This document shows, piece by piece, positions 17,927-27,522 of a stretch of DNA of 64,000 nt. The notes beneath the pieces were generated by a model. It searched no databases. It had not been told where the DNA came from and saw nothing but the letters and a program-made list of their open reading frames with translations. Both the position numbers and the translations under genes were made by a program. This stretch comes from an uncultured Candidatus Nemicrothrix sp. (lineage in GTDB: Bacteria; Actinomycetota; Acidimicrobiia; Acidimicrobiales; Aldehydirespiratoraceae): positions 1,753 through 65,752 of the forward strand of contig CAZDEB010000011.1 in the NCBI GenBank assembly GCA_964504305.1, in the 5' to 3' direction. Positions within the stretch are counted from its first letter, which is position 1. Every line of letters starts with the position of its first letter.

Positions 17927-18598
17927 TCAAGAACGGGCTGCTTCGGCGATCGATCTCAGTTCGGTAACGCCAGCCGCTCGGTCTTCGTAGCGAAACAGCG
18001 CCGACCCGCTCACAAACACGTTGGCGCCTGCCGCCGCGCATTCGCCGATTGTTTCGGCGCTGATTCCGCCGTCGATTTCGATATCGATATCGAAACCGCC
18101 ATCGTCGACCATGGCTTTGAGTTCGGCGATCTTGTCGAGCAACCGGATGTATTTTTGGCCGCCGAAGCCCGGGTTCACTGTCATCACCAAAATGTGATCG
18201 GTCTGATCAAGCACGTGACGAACCGTCGAAGCCGGAGTGTGCGGGTTGAGCACAACGCCCGATCGTGCGCCCAGAGTGCGGATGTTGGCGAGCGAGCGAT
18301 GCAGATGCACACACGCCTCGGCGTGAACCATCACCGTCTCGCATCCGGCATCGACATAGAGGCGAGCCATCTCGTCGGCGTTCACCACCATCAAGTGCGC
18401 TTCGAAGTGAATATCGAGGAGAGGACGAACGCTCTTCACGATGTCGGGCCCGATGGTTAGGTTCGGCACAAACACGCCATCCATGACGTCCCAATGGATG
18501 CGGTCGGCGCCCGCGGCTTGCAGGTTGACGCACTCTTCGCCGAGGCGAGCAAAGTCGGCGGGAAGCACGGATGGGGAGATCTCGATACGGCGGTTCAC
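17927..18598 (-). CDS. rpe: ribulose-phosphate 3-epimerase
   Basis: ISPSVLPADFARLGEE..., HWDVMDGVFVPNLT, MTVNPGFGGQKY and DGGI. Start placed at the GTG at 18598 (another GTG at 18607), because the track start at 18670 overlaps the divergent gene. Confidence 0.9.
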   Translation of the reverse strand: MNRRIEISPSVLPADFARLGEECVNLQAAGADRIHWDVMDGVFVPNLTIGPDIVKSVRPLLDIHFEAHLMVVNADEMARLYVDAGCETVMVHAEACVHLHRSLANIRTLGARSGVVLNPHTPASTVRHVLDQTDHILVMTVNPGFGGQKYIRLLDKIAELKAMVDDGGFDIDIEIDGGISAETIGECAAAGANVFVSGSALFRYEDRAAGVTELRSIAEAARS

Positions 18599-18633
18599 GC
18601 CGGGCACCCTAATCGGGCGGCCTCGCCGATACC

Positions 18634-19806
18634 GTGCTGCGGGTGGAACTCCGGGTAACGGCGACCGCACGCGACGGGGCCGGGGTGGCCCGAGGCGATG
18701 ACGGACGGGTCATCTTTGTCGAAGGCGCGCTCGCGGGCGAAACCGTGAGTGTCGAGATCGTGCGTACCGATCGCCGGTGGTCCAGAGCCCGCGTCGTCAC
18801 CGTCATCGAGAAATCACCCGACCGAATACAAGTGCCGTGCGCCCATCAACTCGAAGGCTGCGGCGGTTGCGACATGTTGCACGTTCGCCCGTCGGCGCAG
18901 CTCACCATCAAAACGTCGATGGCCATCGACCAGCTCTCGCGCGCTGGAGTGCAAGCCCCCGACCCACAAATGCGTGGCCTCGACAACGACACCGGCCGCA
19001 CTACGATACGCGCCGCGGTCCACGACGACCGCGCCGGGTACCGGGCCCGCGGCTCTCACGAAGTTGTGGTTCCCGACGAGTGCGACGCCGTCGACGCACT
19101 AGCCGAAGAGCTGCTGGTCGACGGCCGGTTCCCGGGCGCCTCCACGGTCACGATCCGTGTCGGCAACCGCACGGGCGAACGGCTCGTAGTGGTCGATCGA
19201 GCGCCCTTCGATGTCGAAGTTCCCGACGATGTGTTGGTTGCGGGCAAGGCCGACCTTGCATCGGGCAAACGGGTTTGGATTCACGAAGAGATCGGCGGCG
19301 CCCGTCTGCGGGTGTCGGCCAACTCGTTTTTTCAGAACCGGCCGGCCGGCGCCGACGCCCTGGTCGACGAGGTGGCGAGGATGATCCAACACGCCGATGG
19401 CGCTTTCGTTGATGCCTACGCCGGTGTCGGCTTGTTCTCCGCGGTTGTGGCCAAGGGGCGACCAGTGGTTGCCATCGAACGAGCCCGTGACTCCGTTGCT
19501 GATGCCAGAGTCAACCTTGTTGGTCGCGACGCCAAAATCGTGCGGGCCGGGGTCGAGAAATGGCGCCCATCTCCAGCGTCGGTAGTGGTCGCTGACCCGG
19601 CGCGTGAAGGACTGGGCCGTCGAGCCGTCGATGTGTTGCTGCGGGCCAAACCATCAACGTTCGTGCTCGTTAGCTGTGACCCGTCGTCGTTTGCCCGCGA
19701 TGCGAAGCTGCTCGTCGACGCGGGGATGACGATCGACGAATGGACCGTGCTCGACATGTTCCCGGCCACGACCCACGTCGAGACGGTCGCCAAGTTCAGT
19801 CGTTGA
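18634..19806 (+). CDS. class I SAM-dependent RNA (uracil-5) methyltransferase, TrmA/RlmD family with TRAM domain
   Basis: TRAM-like N-terminus (GAGVARGDDGRVIFVEGALAGETVSVEIV), Cys cluster CAHQLEGCGGCDMLH, and C-terminal MTase fold (VDAYAGVGLFS ... VSCDPSSFARD). Confidence 0.8.
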   Translation: MLRVELRVTATARDGAGVARGDDGRVIFVEGALAGETVSVEIVRTDRRWSRARVVTVIEKSPDRIQVPCAHQLEGCGGCDMLHVRPSAQLTIKTSMAIDQLSRAGVQAPDPQMRGLDNDTGRTTIRAAVHDDRAGYRARGSHEVVVPDECDAVDALAEELLVDGRFPGASTVTIRVGNRTGERLVVVDRAPFDVEVPDDVLVAGKADLASGKRVWIHEEIGGARLRVSANSFFQNRPAGADALVDEVARMIQHADGAFVDAYAGVGLFSAVVAKGRPVVAIERARDSVADARVNLVGRDAKIVRAGVEKWRPSPASVVVADPAREGLGRRAVDVLLRAKPSTFVLVSCDPSSFARDAKLLVDAGMTIDEWTVLDMFPATTHVETVAKFSR

Positions 19807-21129
19807 TCATCCGGTTTTGGTGATCGCCGGCGCGTACCACTCGCTCCATGCAGGGATCGTTGCCAGAACTTCGGGGTGGAAGGTTCGGATCGTTTCTCGC
19901 GTCAGCCACCAACCTCGGTAGATCAAATCGCGGCAAATGTAGTCCTCGAACCGTCCCGCCGACATCGGGACGTTGGCAGTGTGGGCGCGAAAAGCGGCGG
20001 CGCTGAACGTGCCGTCACGCCACGGCGGAACTTCGGGCGCTTGGGGGTCGTCTTCATAGCGGGTGTGACGACTCTCGTGATACGCGGCGTGGGACGGCTT
20101 GGCGTCCATCGACGTGTCGAGCCTAAATATCACTCCCCAATGGGCGCCCGCGGGCGGCATCGGTGGGGGAGTTTCGCCTGGCTTTGTTTCGGCGTTGGCT
20201 TGGCGGAGTCGCCAACTGGCAATGGCTGCATCGCTGTGGGCCTGATCGGCCATGTAAGACCTGTGTTGGTCGGGATTCTGGTCCGCCCAGTGTTCCCATG
20301 CCCGCAGCGATGCAACGAACCAACGTTCGCGCACTGCGGTTAGTTGGTTCATGCCGACGGCCGACGATCTACGGAGCGTGTCGATGATTCCGAGATCGCG
20401 GTTGAGGCGGTGCAGCGGCGCGCCGGCATCAAGGACCACCATCAGGGGGTGGGTGTCGAGATCTCGTAGCGGTTCGATCCCAAGGTTGTCGTATACGGCG
20501 CCGTCTACCAGCAGCGGCCGCGACGGCCGGGGCGGGCGAGCGACACTGCGAGGCAGACGCTGCGCCGATAGCGCACCGGGCAACGCCGCTGATGCCGCGA
20601 GGGCGTCGGCGACGCGCATCTTTTCGCTGGGAAGGCTGTCGGCGCCGCGCTCGCCGAGATGCTGCTGATCGAAGCTGAAGCGCCGACCGGTCGTGAGGTT
20701 GGTTGCGTTGAAGATGAATCGTGCGTCAGCGCTGAGATCACCGAGGGTTCGGCCATGGCCAAACCAGTCGTCGAAGGCATCGGCTAGTAGGTCGGTGCGG
20801 GTTCGTGGGCCGATGACCTTCCACAGTCGCAGCGTCATCCGACGCGACAACGAAGTGGTGGTGATGCGTTTGACGAACGGTTCTACGAGCAGTTGGTCAA
20901 CCGCTTCGGTTTCGAAATTGCGCTCCTTCAAGTCGTCCCAGTTGAGCGCCAGCAAGGCGTTGGCCCACGAACCGCCGCTTACCGATGAGGTAAATCGGAC
21001 GTTGCCGAGCAGGCCCAGGTCGGCCAGCGCCCGGGTCATGCCGAGTCCGGCCAGGCTGGCCCGAAATCCACCGCCGGAGAACGAAACCGCCAACTGGGGG
21101 CCGCGGTCGGGCCAACTGGGTGCTGTCAT
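19807..21129 (-). CDS. patatin-like phospholipase family protein with ~200-aa uncharacterised C-terminal region
   Basis: FSGGGFRASL (oxyanion GGGxR), SVSGGSW (GxSxG nucleophile) and LVDGAVYDNLG (catalytic Asp). Confidence 0.8.
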   Translation of the reverse strand: MTAPSWPDRGPQLAVSFSGGGFRASLAGLGMTRALADLGLLGNVRFTSSVSGGSWANALLALNWDDLKERNFETEAVDQLLVEPFVKRITTTSLSRRMTLRLWKVIGPRTRTDLLADAFDDWFGHGRTLGDLSADARFIFNATNLTTGRRFSFDQQHLGERGADSLPSEKMRVADALAASAALPGALSAQRLPRSVARPPRPSRPLLVDGAVYDNLGIEPLRDLDTHPLMVVLDAGAPLHRLNRDLGIIDTLRRSSAVGMNQLTAVRERWFVASLRAWEHWADQNPDQHRSYMADQAHSDAAIASWRLRQANAETKPGETPPPMPPAGAHWGVIFRLDTSMDAKPSHAAYHESRHTRYEDDPQAPEVPPWRDGTFSAAAFRAHTANVPMSAGRFEDYICRDLIYRGWWLTRETIRTFHPEVLATIPAWSEWYAPAITKTG

Positions 21130-21191
21130 GGGGGCGACCGTAGCCGGATTGCTCGCCTGCTGATGTGAGACTTGGCGCCAGACCTGAGAAG

Positions 21192-23876
21192 ATGTCTTGG
21201 GTGAGCGCTCTTCAAGGCGGCCTGAGGGTCTTCAAGTTTACCGACATCGAGGGAAGCACCCGTCTCTGGGAGCTTTACCCCGACGAGATGGGGCCTGCGC
21301 TTGCCCGTCACGACGTGATCGTCAGGAGCTGCATCGAAACAAATGGCGGGTCGGTGTTTGGACTGGCCGGCGATGGCTTCAAGGCCGTCTTTGATCTGCC
21401 TTCGGCATCGCTGAGCGCCGCCGACGCAATTCAGAGGGAACTGGCCGCCGAGGGGTGGCCGGACGGCGTCGAGATTCGGGTCCGCATTGGCGTCCACGTC
21501 GGGCGAGCCGAGAGTCGAGACGGCGAATTTTTCGGATCGGCGGTCAACCGCGCCTCTCGGGTGATGTCAGCGGGACATGGTGGGCAGGTGTTGATCAGCG
21601 ATACCGCCAAGAAGCTGGCCGACCAGCCCCGCGTAACCGACCTCGGGGTGCATCGGCTGAAGGACTTGTCGGCGCCCGAGCACATTTGGCAGCTCGACAT
21701 CGAAGGGGCGAGTTCGTCGTTTCCGGCTTTGCGCACGCTCGAAGAGAGTCGCTCCAATTTGCCGGTGCGGCCCCGCCGTATGATCGGGCGCGAAGCAGAA
21801 CTCGAACGGATCGTGGGGCTGGTCGAGAGCCATTCGATTGTCACCGTGTGCGGACCGGGCGGGGTGGGCAAGACCACCTTGGCCGAACAGGCCGCGGCCG
21901 CAGTTGCCCATGGATATCCCGACGGCGTTTGGTTGGTGGAGCTAGCAGGAGTCGAAGACCCGTCGGCCATCGCGTTTCAGTTTCTTGACGCGATGCGGTT
22001 GGGCGTAACCGAGGGGCGAACCGCGGCCGAAGCCGTTGTCGATGCCATTGCCGACCGGCAGGTGATGCTCGTGGTTGACAACTGCGAACATCTTCGCTCG
22101 AGAGTCGGTCGCCTTCTGGCGGAGATCATGGCCGGATGCCCCAACGTTCGCGTAATCGCATCGAGTCGCGAACCCCTGGTTGTTCGAGGCGAGGCGGCGA
22201 TGTTCATCGAACCGCTCCCCGTCGAGAGCCCGGGGCAACCGGCGATCACCTTGTTCGTTGAACGGGCCCTCGAAGCCAATCCCGAGCTGGTGTTTTCCCA
22301 ATCCGATAGGACCACCGTCGCTCACATCTGTGAGCGGCTCGACGGTTTGCCCTTGGCTATCGAGCTTGCGGCTGGCCGAATGCGAGCGTCCACGCTGGGC
22401 GACATTTCCGAACGTCTCAACGCCCGGTTCAGCTTGTTGCGGGGCCGCGGGGTGCAAAACGATCGGCACGCAACTCTTTACGACACGATCTCGTTTTCTC
22501 ACCAGCTTCTCGAACCCGACGAGCGAATACTTTTTGATCGACTTTCGGTATTTGTTGGCTCGTTCAGTGTTGCTCAAGCCGAGGCGGTTTGCAGCGACGA
22601 GAGCCTTGACAGATACGAGATTTACGATCTCTTGAATCGGCTGGTCGAGAGGTCGATGGTTGTTGCCGATCTCCACGGACCCAAGGCTTCGTATCGTCTA
22701 TTGCAGTCGTTGCGGGACTTCGCGGCGACGGAACTGTTGGACTCCGGGCCGTGGCGCGAGCGCCACGCAATCGAGTTCTCCCGCTGGGTAAGCGAGATCG
22801 CACCGGCCTTGGTGGGGCCCGAGGAAGAGGTTCTGCTGGCCGAGTTGGAAGCCGGATGGGACAACCTCCGCGCCGCGGTCTCGTTCGCTCGCGAGGAAGG
22901 CAACCTCGGATTGCTCGAGGCGCTTATTGCTCCGCTCAGCTCCGAGGCGCTCTACCGAGGTCGCACCGAGATTCGAGAGTGGTCACAAGCGGCATTGTTG
23001 ATGGGTGACGACCCCAAACCGTCGACGCTTGCCGTCGACACCGCGTGTGCGTCGGTGCAGGGCGCTCAGGAATCGGTAGTTCGTACCGGCTCCGCCTATC
23101 ACGCCATAGCTACCGGGGACCCAACAAGCGTCGATCCGTTCGCCACGTTGATGGTCGGGTTGGCGTTGCACCTGGCCGGCGAGCCCGAATTGGCTTTGGA
23201 TCTCTACACCCTGGTCGAGACCCAGGCCCGAGGTCCTTTCGAGGTCGAGATCAGGGCGTGGGGACTGCTACAGCAGGCGCTGCTTCATACCTACTCCGAA
23301 CGGCCCAACGAGGCCGCGGCCGCGGTAGAGCGGTGCCGAGCGCTCATTGAGGATCGCCAGACCGGCGCCACTGTGACGATTGGCTTTGAGCTCGTCGATA
23401 CCCTTCGGGGCCTTGACTCGCCGGTGCGCACCGTTGAGCGCATGTCCGCTTCGGTCGAGATCGCCGAGCGGGTTCGCTGCATGCTGATCGGCTCGGTCAG
23501 CGCGATGGTGATGGCCAACGCAAGGGCCGCGCTCGGCGATGTTGGCCAGGCTTACCTGGACGCCGCGGGGGTTCTACGTCGTCATGCCTCGAGTCGAAAC
23601 TTCACCGCCCTTACCCAACAGCTTCGGCGGGCCGCAACGATGCTTCTGCGAGTAGACGACCACGCGGTCGCGGTCACGATTCTCGACTATCTGGAGTACC
23701 AGCGCGCCGCCGAGCCGAACCCGGGCACGGCTCGCGACCTGGCGTTCTTGCTGCCCGTGGCGTTCGACAATCTGACCTCCGAGCAGCGCGAGACTGCCCG
23801 CGAGCAAGCTCGTGAACTCTCGCAGCAATCAGTCGTCGAGATTGCTGCAGCGGCGTTGGTTGCTGCCGCCGCTTAG
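21192..23876 (+). CDS. class III adenylate/guanylate cyclase domain fused to a STAND/AAA-type NTPase and a helical (TPR-like) C-terminal region
   Basis: Cyclase motifs are FKFTDIEGSTRLW, LAGDGFKAVF and IGVHVGRAESRDGEFFGSAVNRASRVMSAGHGGQVLIS. P-loop is VCGPGGVGKTTLAEQ, followed by MLVVDNCEH (Walker B-like). No C-terminal HTH recognised. An alternative GTG start lies at 21165. Confidence 0.8.
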   Translation: MSWVSALQGGLRVFKFTDIEGSTRLWELYPDEMGPALARHDVIVRSCIETNGGSVFGLAGDGFKAVFDLPSASLSAADAIQRELAAEGWPDGVEIRVRIGVHVGRAESRDGEFFGSAVNRASRVMSAGHGGQVLISDTAKKLADQPRVTDLGVHRLKDLSAPEHIWQLDIEGASSSFPALRTLEESRSNLPVRPRRMIGREAELERIVGLVESHSIVTVCGPGGVGKTTLAEQAAAAVAHGYPDGVWLVELAGVEDPSAIAFQFLDAMRLGVTEGRTAAEAVVDAIADRQVMLVVDNCEHLRSRVGRLLAEIMAGCPNVRVIASSREPLVVRGEAAMFIEPLPVESPGQPAITLFVERALEANPELVFSQSDRTTVAHICERLDGLPLAIELAAGRMRASTLGDISERLNARFSLLRGRGVQNDRHATLYDTISFSHQLLEPDERILFDRLSVFVGSFSVAQAEAVCSDESLDRYEIYDLLNRLVERSMVVADLHGPKASYRLLQSLRDFAATELLDSGPWRERHAIEFSRWVSEIAPALVGPEEEVLLAELEAGWDNLRAAVSFAREEGNLGLLEALIAPLSSEALYRGRTEIREWSQAALLMGDDPKPSTLAVDTACASVQGAQESVVRTGSAYHAIATGDPTSVDPFATLMVGLALHLAGEPELALDLYTLVETQARGPFEVEIRAWGLLQQALLHTYSERPNEAAAAVERCRALIEDRQTGATVTIGFELVDTLRGLDSPVRTVERMSASVEIAERVRCMLIGSVSAMVMANARAALGDVGQAYLDAAGVLRRHASSRNFTALTQQLRRAATMLLRVDDHAVAVTILDYLEYQRAAEPNPGTARDLAFLLPVAFDNLTSEQRETAREQARELSQQSVVEIAAAALVAAAA

Positions 23877-24997
23877 CCAAACGCCGCTACGAAGTTGTCG
23901 GCCAGGTTCTCGAGGGCCAACGGCTCGATTCTCCCCCGAAACGTCAGCGACACTTGTTTGTCAATCGTGGCTACCCCGACGCTGATCAGGTCGTGGGCCG
24001 GCGGCGCAAAACGAACGTCAACGACTTGTTGCCAATGCGGTGTTGTGGGCACGATGCCCAGGTTCGACAGTACGGCGGTCTCGGCGCCGCGTCCGGCCCG
24101 GCGGGGCGCGCTTTGGCGAGGTTGGCCGGGCCTGGTCACGGCCCGGATCAGTCCCAGTCGCCCCCCGATCGCTCGAGCTGAGGCTTGGCGCCGAATTGAC
24201 GAACGCACGGCCTTCGCGGTTGCGCTCAGTGATTGGTCGCGGTGGGTAACGGTGTTGGCATTGACCACTGCGTTACCCAAGCCCCGCCCGAACTCACCAC
24301 GTCGGCGTAGGTCGATGGGGACGCCGACGGCGACGGCGCGACGCGACCAAGTGCAGGACCGCAGTGATCTGTGGAGTTGAGCTACGAGCAGGTCGTTGAT
24401 CGAACAACCAGAGCCATCTCGGGTGCTTTGGATCGCATCGGTTGAGATGTGACGCGTGCACAACGCCGTCTTCGCCAATACCGGCGGCCGACTCAGCAAC
24501 GGCCGGGGAACGAGGTCGAAACTCGAACGCAGCCGCCCACTCGAGCGGGCCATGCCGTCGAGATCGTCGTCGGTAACCGGGTTTTGCGCCGGGGGCGCGG
24601 CTCCGCCAAGAACGCAAAGGAAATCATCGACGCACTGCAGAAGTCCCACCCCGTCAGTGAAGGCGTGGTTCGCTACCCACGAGACCGTCCGAGAGTCCTG
24701 GGACCTATTGACTCTGACGGGACACTGTGTTGACAGGTCGAGATCACGATCCAAGTCGGCACTGACCGGATCGGAGAGTAGATGGGTCGTTGGCGACCAC
24801 TCGAGGCGTTCAGCCGTTGCAAGTACGGCAACAAGCTCGGGTCTTGAGTCAGTGAGGGTCGCGAGTGAGCGTCTGAAGCGCTCGGCCGATATGGGCGTGG
24901 CGAGGTCGATCTCGATCAGAACTGACCACGGCCTGGTTGGTCGTTGAAGCTTCAGCAGTCGGCCATCGAGCCAGTTGAGCGACCGGGCAGAGTTCAA
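23873..24997 (-). CDS. HxxxDG acyltransferase (condensation / WS-DGAT / PapA5-like superfamily)
   Basis: WVANHAFTDGVGLL (HxxxDG active-site motif) and CSINDLLVAQL (the ND motif seen in WS/DGAT-type enzymes). The start overlaps the upstream stop by 4 nt. Confidence 0.5.
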   Translation of the reverse strand: MNSARSLNWLDGRLLKLQRPTRPWSVLIEIDLATPISAERFRRSLATLTDSRPELVAVLATAERLEWSPTTHLLSDPVSADLDRDLDLSTQCPVRVNRSQDSRTVSWVANHAFTDGVGLLQCVDDFLCVLGGAAPPAQNPVTDDDLDGMARSSGRLRSSFDLVPRPLLSRPPVLAKTALCTRHISTDAIQSTRDGSGCSINDLLVAQLHRSLRSCTWSRRAVAVGVPIDLRRRGEFGRGLGNAVVNANTVTHRDQSLSATAKAVRSSIRRQASARAIGGRLGLIRAVTRPGQPRQSAPRRAGRGAETAVLSNLGIVPTTPHWQQVVDVRFAPPAHDLISVGVATIDKQVSLTFRGRIEPLALENLADNFVAAFG

Positions 24998-25674
24998 CGC
25001 CGAGCCGAAGACGGCTCTAGGCCGAGAATAATTTCTGAGATGGCATCCATCACCGCTTCGACGTTTGCTCGATGCAAGCCCGGTGCCATCTCGACTGGAT
25101 CACCAAACTGCATCGTGATGGTGGGCCGGTCCCATGGCCGCACGATTGGTCTGGGGTCGTCTCGGGGCCAAACCTTGTCGGTGCCGATCAGAGCGCCCGG
25201 TACTACGTCTACTCCGGCTCCGCAGGCGATCTTCGACATGATCTTGTGGCCGCTGCCAACCCCTGTCGGCCGATCCTCGGGGGGCACAACGCGGCCCTCA
25301 GGGGTGATGAGGAGATGATGGCCGGCGTCGAGGCATTCGATGGCTTCGGCCACCGTATCGATCGCGCCGCGGCCGCTGCGTAGACGGATTGCTCCGATGC
25401 TGTCGAGCAAGCGAGCCAACCGAGGGTCGTCCCAGAGCCATTCGGCCGATAGGACTCGTGCCGAGTGCCCGACCGCAGCGAGAGCCCGTATCCCGACCGC
25501 AACATCCATGACGCTTCGGTGGTTGGCGGCGATTAGACAGGGCTCGCCGAAAGCCTTGATGGCTCGTTCGGTGGCCGGACGACTGTCCCAGCGGATGAGA
25601 GGCGCGCTGAGAAAGCGGGTGGCACGGTCGGCGCGGCGAAAGTTGCGAGCGAAATCTGGCGGCGGTCCACTCAA
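24994..25674 (-). CDS. lysophospholipid (1-acyl-sn-glycerol-3-phosphate) acyltransferase, PlsC family
   Basis: LIAANHRSVMDV (NHxxxxD motif) and LLITPEGRV (PEG motif). Confidence 0.75.
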   Translation of the reverse strand: MSGPPPDFARNFRRADRATRFLSAPLIRWDSRPATERAIKAFGEPCLIAANHRSVMDVAVGIRALAAVGHSARVLSAEWLWDDPRLARLLDSIGAIRLRSGRGAIDTVAEAIECLDAGHHLLITPEGRVVPPEDRPTGVGSGHKIMSKIACGAGVDVVPGALIGTDKVWPRDDPRPIVRPWDRPTITMQFGDPVEMAPGLHRANVEAVMDAISEIILGLEPSSARR

Positions 25675-26291
25675 CTCGCGACGCGCCGGTCGGTGCGAAG
25701 GCGGGTGATGATCTCGTCGGCGACGCTGCCGTACTGTTCGTCGATAGCGACGATCCGGTCGGCCAGCGAACGAAACGGTTCAACGAACTGGTCGTGCATC
25801 GGCGCAACAGTGGCCCGGAATTGGCGCACAACGTCCTCGGCGTCTCGGCCCCGCTCGGCGACGTCGCGTTTGATGCGGCGGGCCAGTCGCACGTCTTCGG
25901 GGACGTCGATGAACGCAGAGAGGTCGAGGTGGCTCTGCACGGCGGGGAAACTCAACAACAAGATGCCTTCGACGATAACGATGGGGCGAGGCTCGACCCG
26001 GACTCGCGCAGCGGTGCGGGTGTGCGTCGCAAAGTCGTACACCGGAGCTTCGATGGTTTGGCCGGACCGGAGCAGCTCCAGATCGGCGGCGAATAAGGCA
26101 TGGTCGAGCGAATCCGGATGGTCGTAGTTGACCATGGCCCGCTCGGGCGGCGTCAGGTGACTTTGGTCGCGGTAATAGGAGTCGAAGGCCAGCACGCTCA
26201 CCTGATCAGCACCGAGACGATCGAGGAGATGACGGGTAAGGGTGGTTTTGCCAGCGCCCGAGCCGCCACAGATTCCGCAAGTCTTGACCAC
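25671..26291 (-). CDS. udk: uridine kinase
   Basis: GICGGSGAGKTTL P-loop, FDSYYRD, NYDHPDSLD, PVYDFATHTR, IVEGILLL and RRIKRDVAERGR. Confidence 0.9.
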   Translation of the reverse strand: MVKTCGICGGSGAGKTTLTRHLLDRLGADQVSVLAFDSYYRDQSHLTPPERAMVNYDHPDSLDHALFAADLELLRSGQTIEAPVYDFATHTRTAARVRVEPRPIVIVEGILLLSFPAVQSHLDLSAFIDVPEDVRLARRIKRDVAERGRDAEDVVRQFRATVAPMHDQFVEPFRSLADRIVAIDEQYGSVADEIITRLRTDRRVAS

Positions 26292-26361
26292 GGGATGGCA
26301 CCGTAGCGTTAACCGGCTCGTGATATCGAGGTGACGGCGCGATCCATGTCAGGATCGGCTC

Positions 26362-27522
26362 ATGCGAACCCCGGCTACCAGAGCAAGCATCTCGCCGTTT
26401 TACGTGATGGAGGTGATGCGGGCGGCCGAGGAACGCGAAAATGCGGGCGTCGAAGTTCTTCATCTCGAGGTTGGTCAGCCCAGCACCCCTGCCCCCGCTG
26501 GAGTGCTCGCGGCGGCTCATAGCGCCCTTGATGACGACGCCCTCGGCTACACGACCGCGGCAGGGTTGGAGAGTCTGCGAGTCCGCGTCGCCCAGCACTA
26601 CAAGCACTGGTACGACGTCAGCGTTTCTCCGGCATCCCTGATGTTCACCGTTGGGGCGTCAGGGGCGTTTGTGGCCGCGTTCTTGGCCGCCTTCGAACCC
26701 GGCGACCGGGTGGCGGTCCCGTCGCCGGGATACCCCTGCTACCGCAACGCTCTGGCGGCGCTCGGGGTGGAAGTAGTCGACGTCCCCACCTCGATGCAGA
26801 CTCGTTTCCAACCAACCATTGACCAACTTGAGGCTCTGGGAGATCTTGATGGCCTGGTTCTCAGCTCGCCGTCGAATCCGACCGGCACGATGCTCGACGC
26901 GTTGGGAATGGAAGAGATCACGACGTGGTGTCGCAACAACGATGTGTGGTTCGTTTCCGACGAGATTTACCACGGGATCACTTACGCCGACCCGGCACCG
27001 ACCGCGCTTCAATTCGATCAGGACGCGATCGTGGTGAACAGCTTTTCAAAATACTTTTCGATGACCGGCTGGCGCTTGGGGTGGATCGTCATGCCCGAGG
27101 TATTGAGCGTTCCGCTGACCCGAATTGGTCAGAACTTTACGATTGCTGCACCAACGCTTTCCCAGCTTGGAGCGGTCGCAGCATTTGATTGTCACGACGA
27201 GCTCCAAGGCCACATTGTTCGTTACAGCGAGAACCGATCGGTTATCATCGACGGCCTACGAGCGGCCGGGATCACCGAATTGGCACCGGCCGATGGCGCC
27301 TTTTACATCTGGGCCAACGTCAGCCACCTCGGCGCCGACAGCCAAGAACTTTGTGCCCGCTGGCTCGACGAATTGGCAATTGCTGCGACCCCCGGAGTCG
27401 ATTTCGATCCAACCAACGGCCACCGGTTCGTGCGGTTCTCATTTGCGGGCTTGACCAAGGATTGCACCGAAGCGATGGCTCGCCTGAAAGAATGGACCGA
27501 GTCCGCAACGAGGAAGCTATGA
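26362..27522 (+). CDS. pyridoxal-phosphate-dependent aminotransferase, class I/II
   Basis: VNSFSKYFSMTGWRLGW (PLP-Lys motif), SPSNPTG and RFSFAG. Confidence 0.85.
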   Translation: MRTPATRASISPFYVMEVMRAAEERENAGVEVLHLEVGQPSTPAPAGVLAAAHSALDDDALGYTTAAGLESLRVRVAQHYKHWYDVSVSPASLMFTVGASGAFVAAFLAAFEPGDRVAVPSPGYPCYRNALAALGVEVVDVPTSMQTRFQPTIDQLEALGDLDGLVLSSPSNPTGTMLDALGMEEITTWCRNNDVWFVSDEIYHGITYADPAPTALQFDQDAIVVNSFSKYFSMTGWRLGWIVMPEVLSVPLTRIGQNFTIAAPTLSQLGAVAAFDCHDELQGHIVRYSENRSVIIDGLRAAGITELAPADGAFYIWANVSHLGADSQELCARWLDELAIAATPGVDFDPTNGHRFVRFSFAGLTKDCTEAMARLKEWTESATRKL

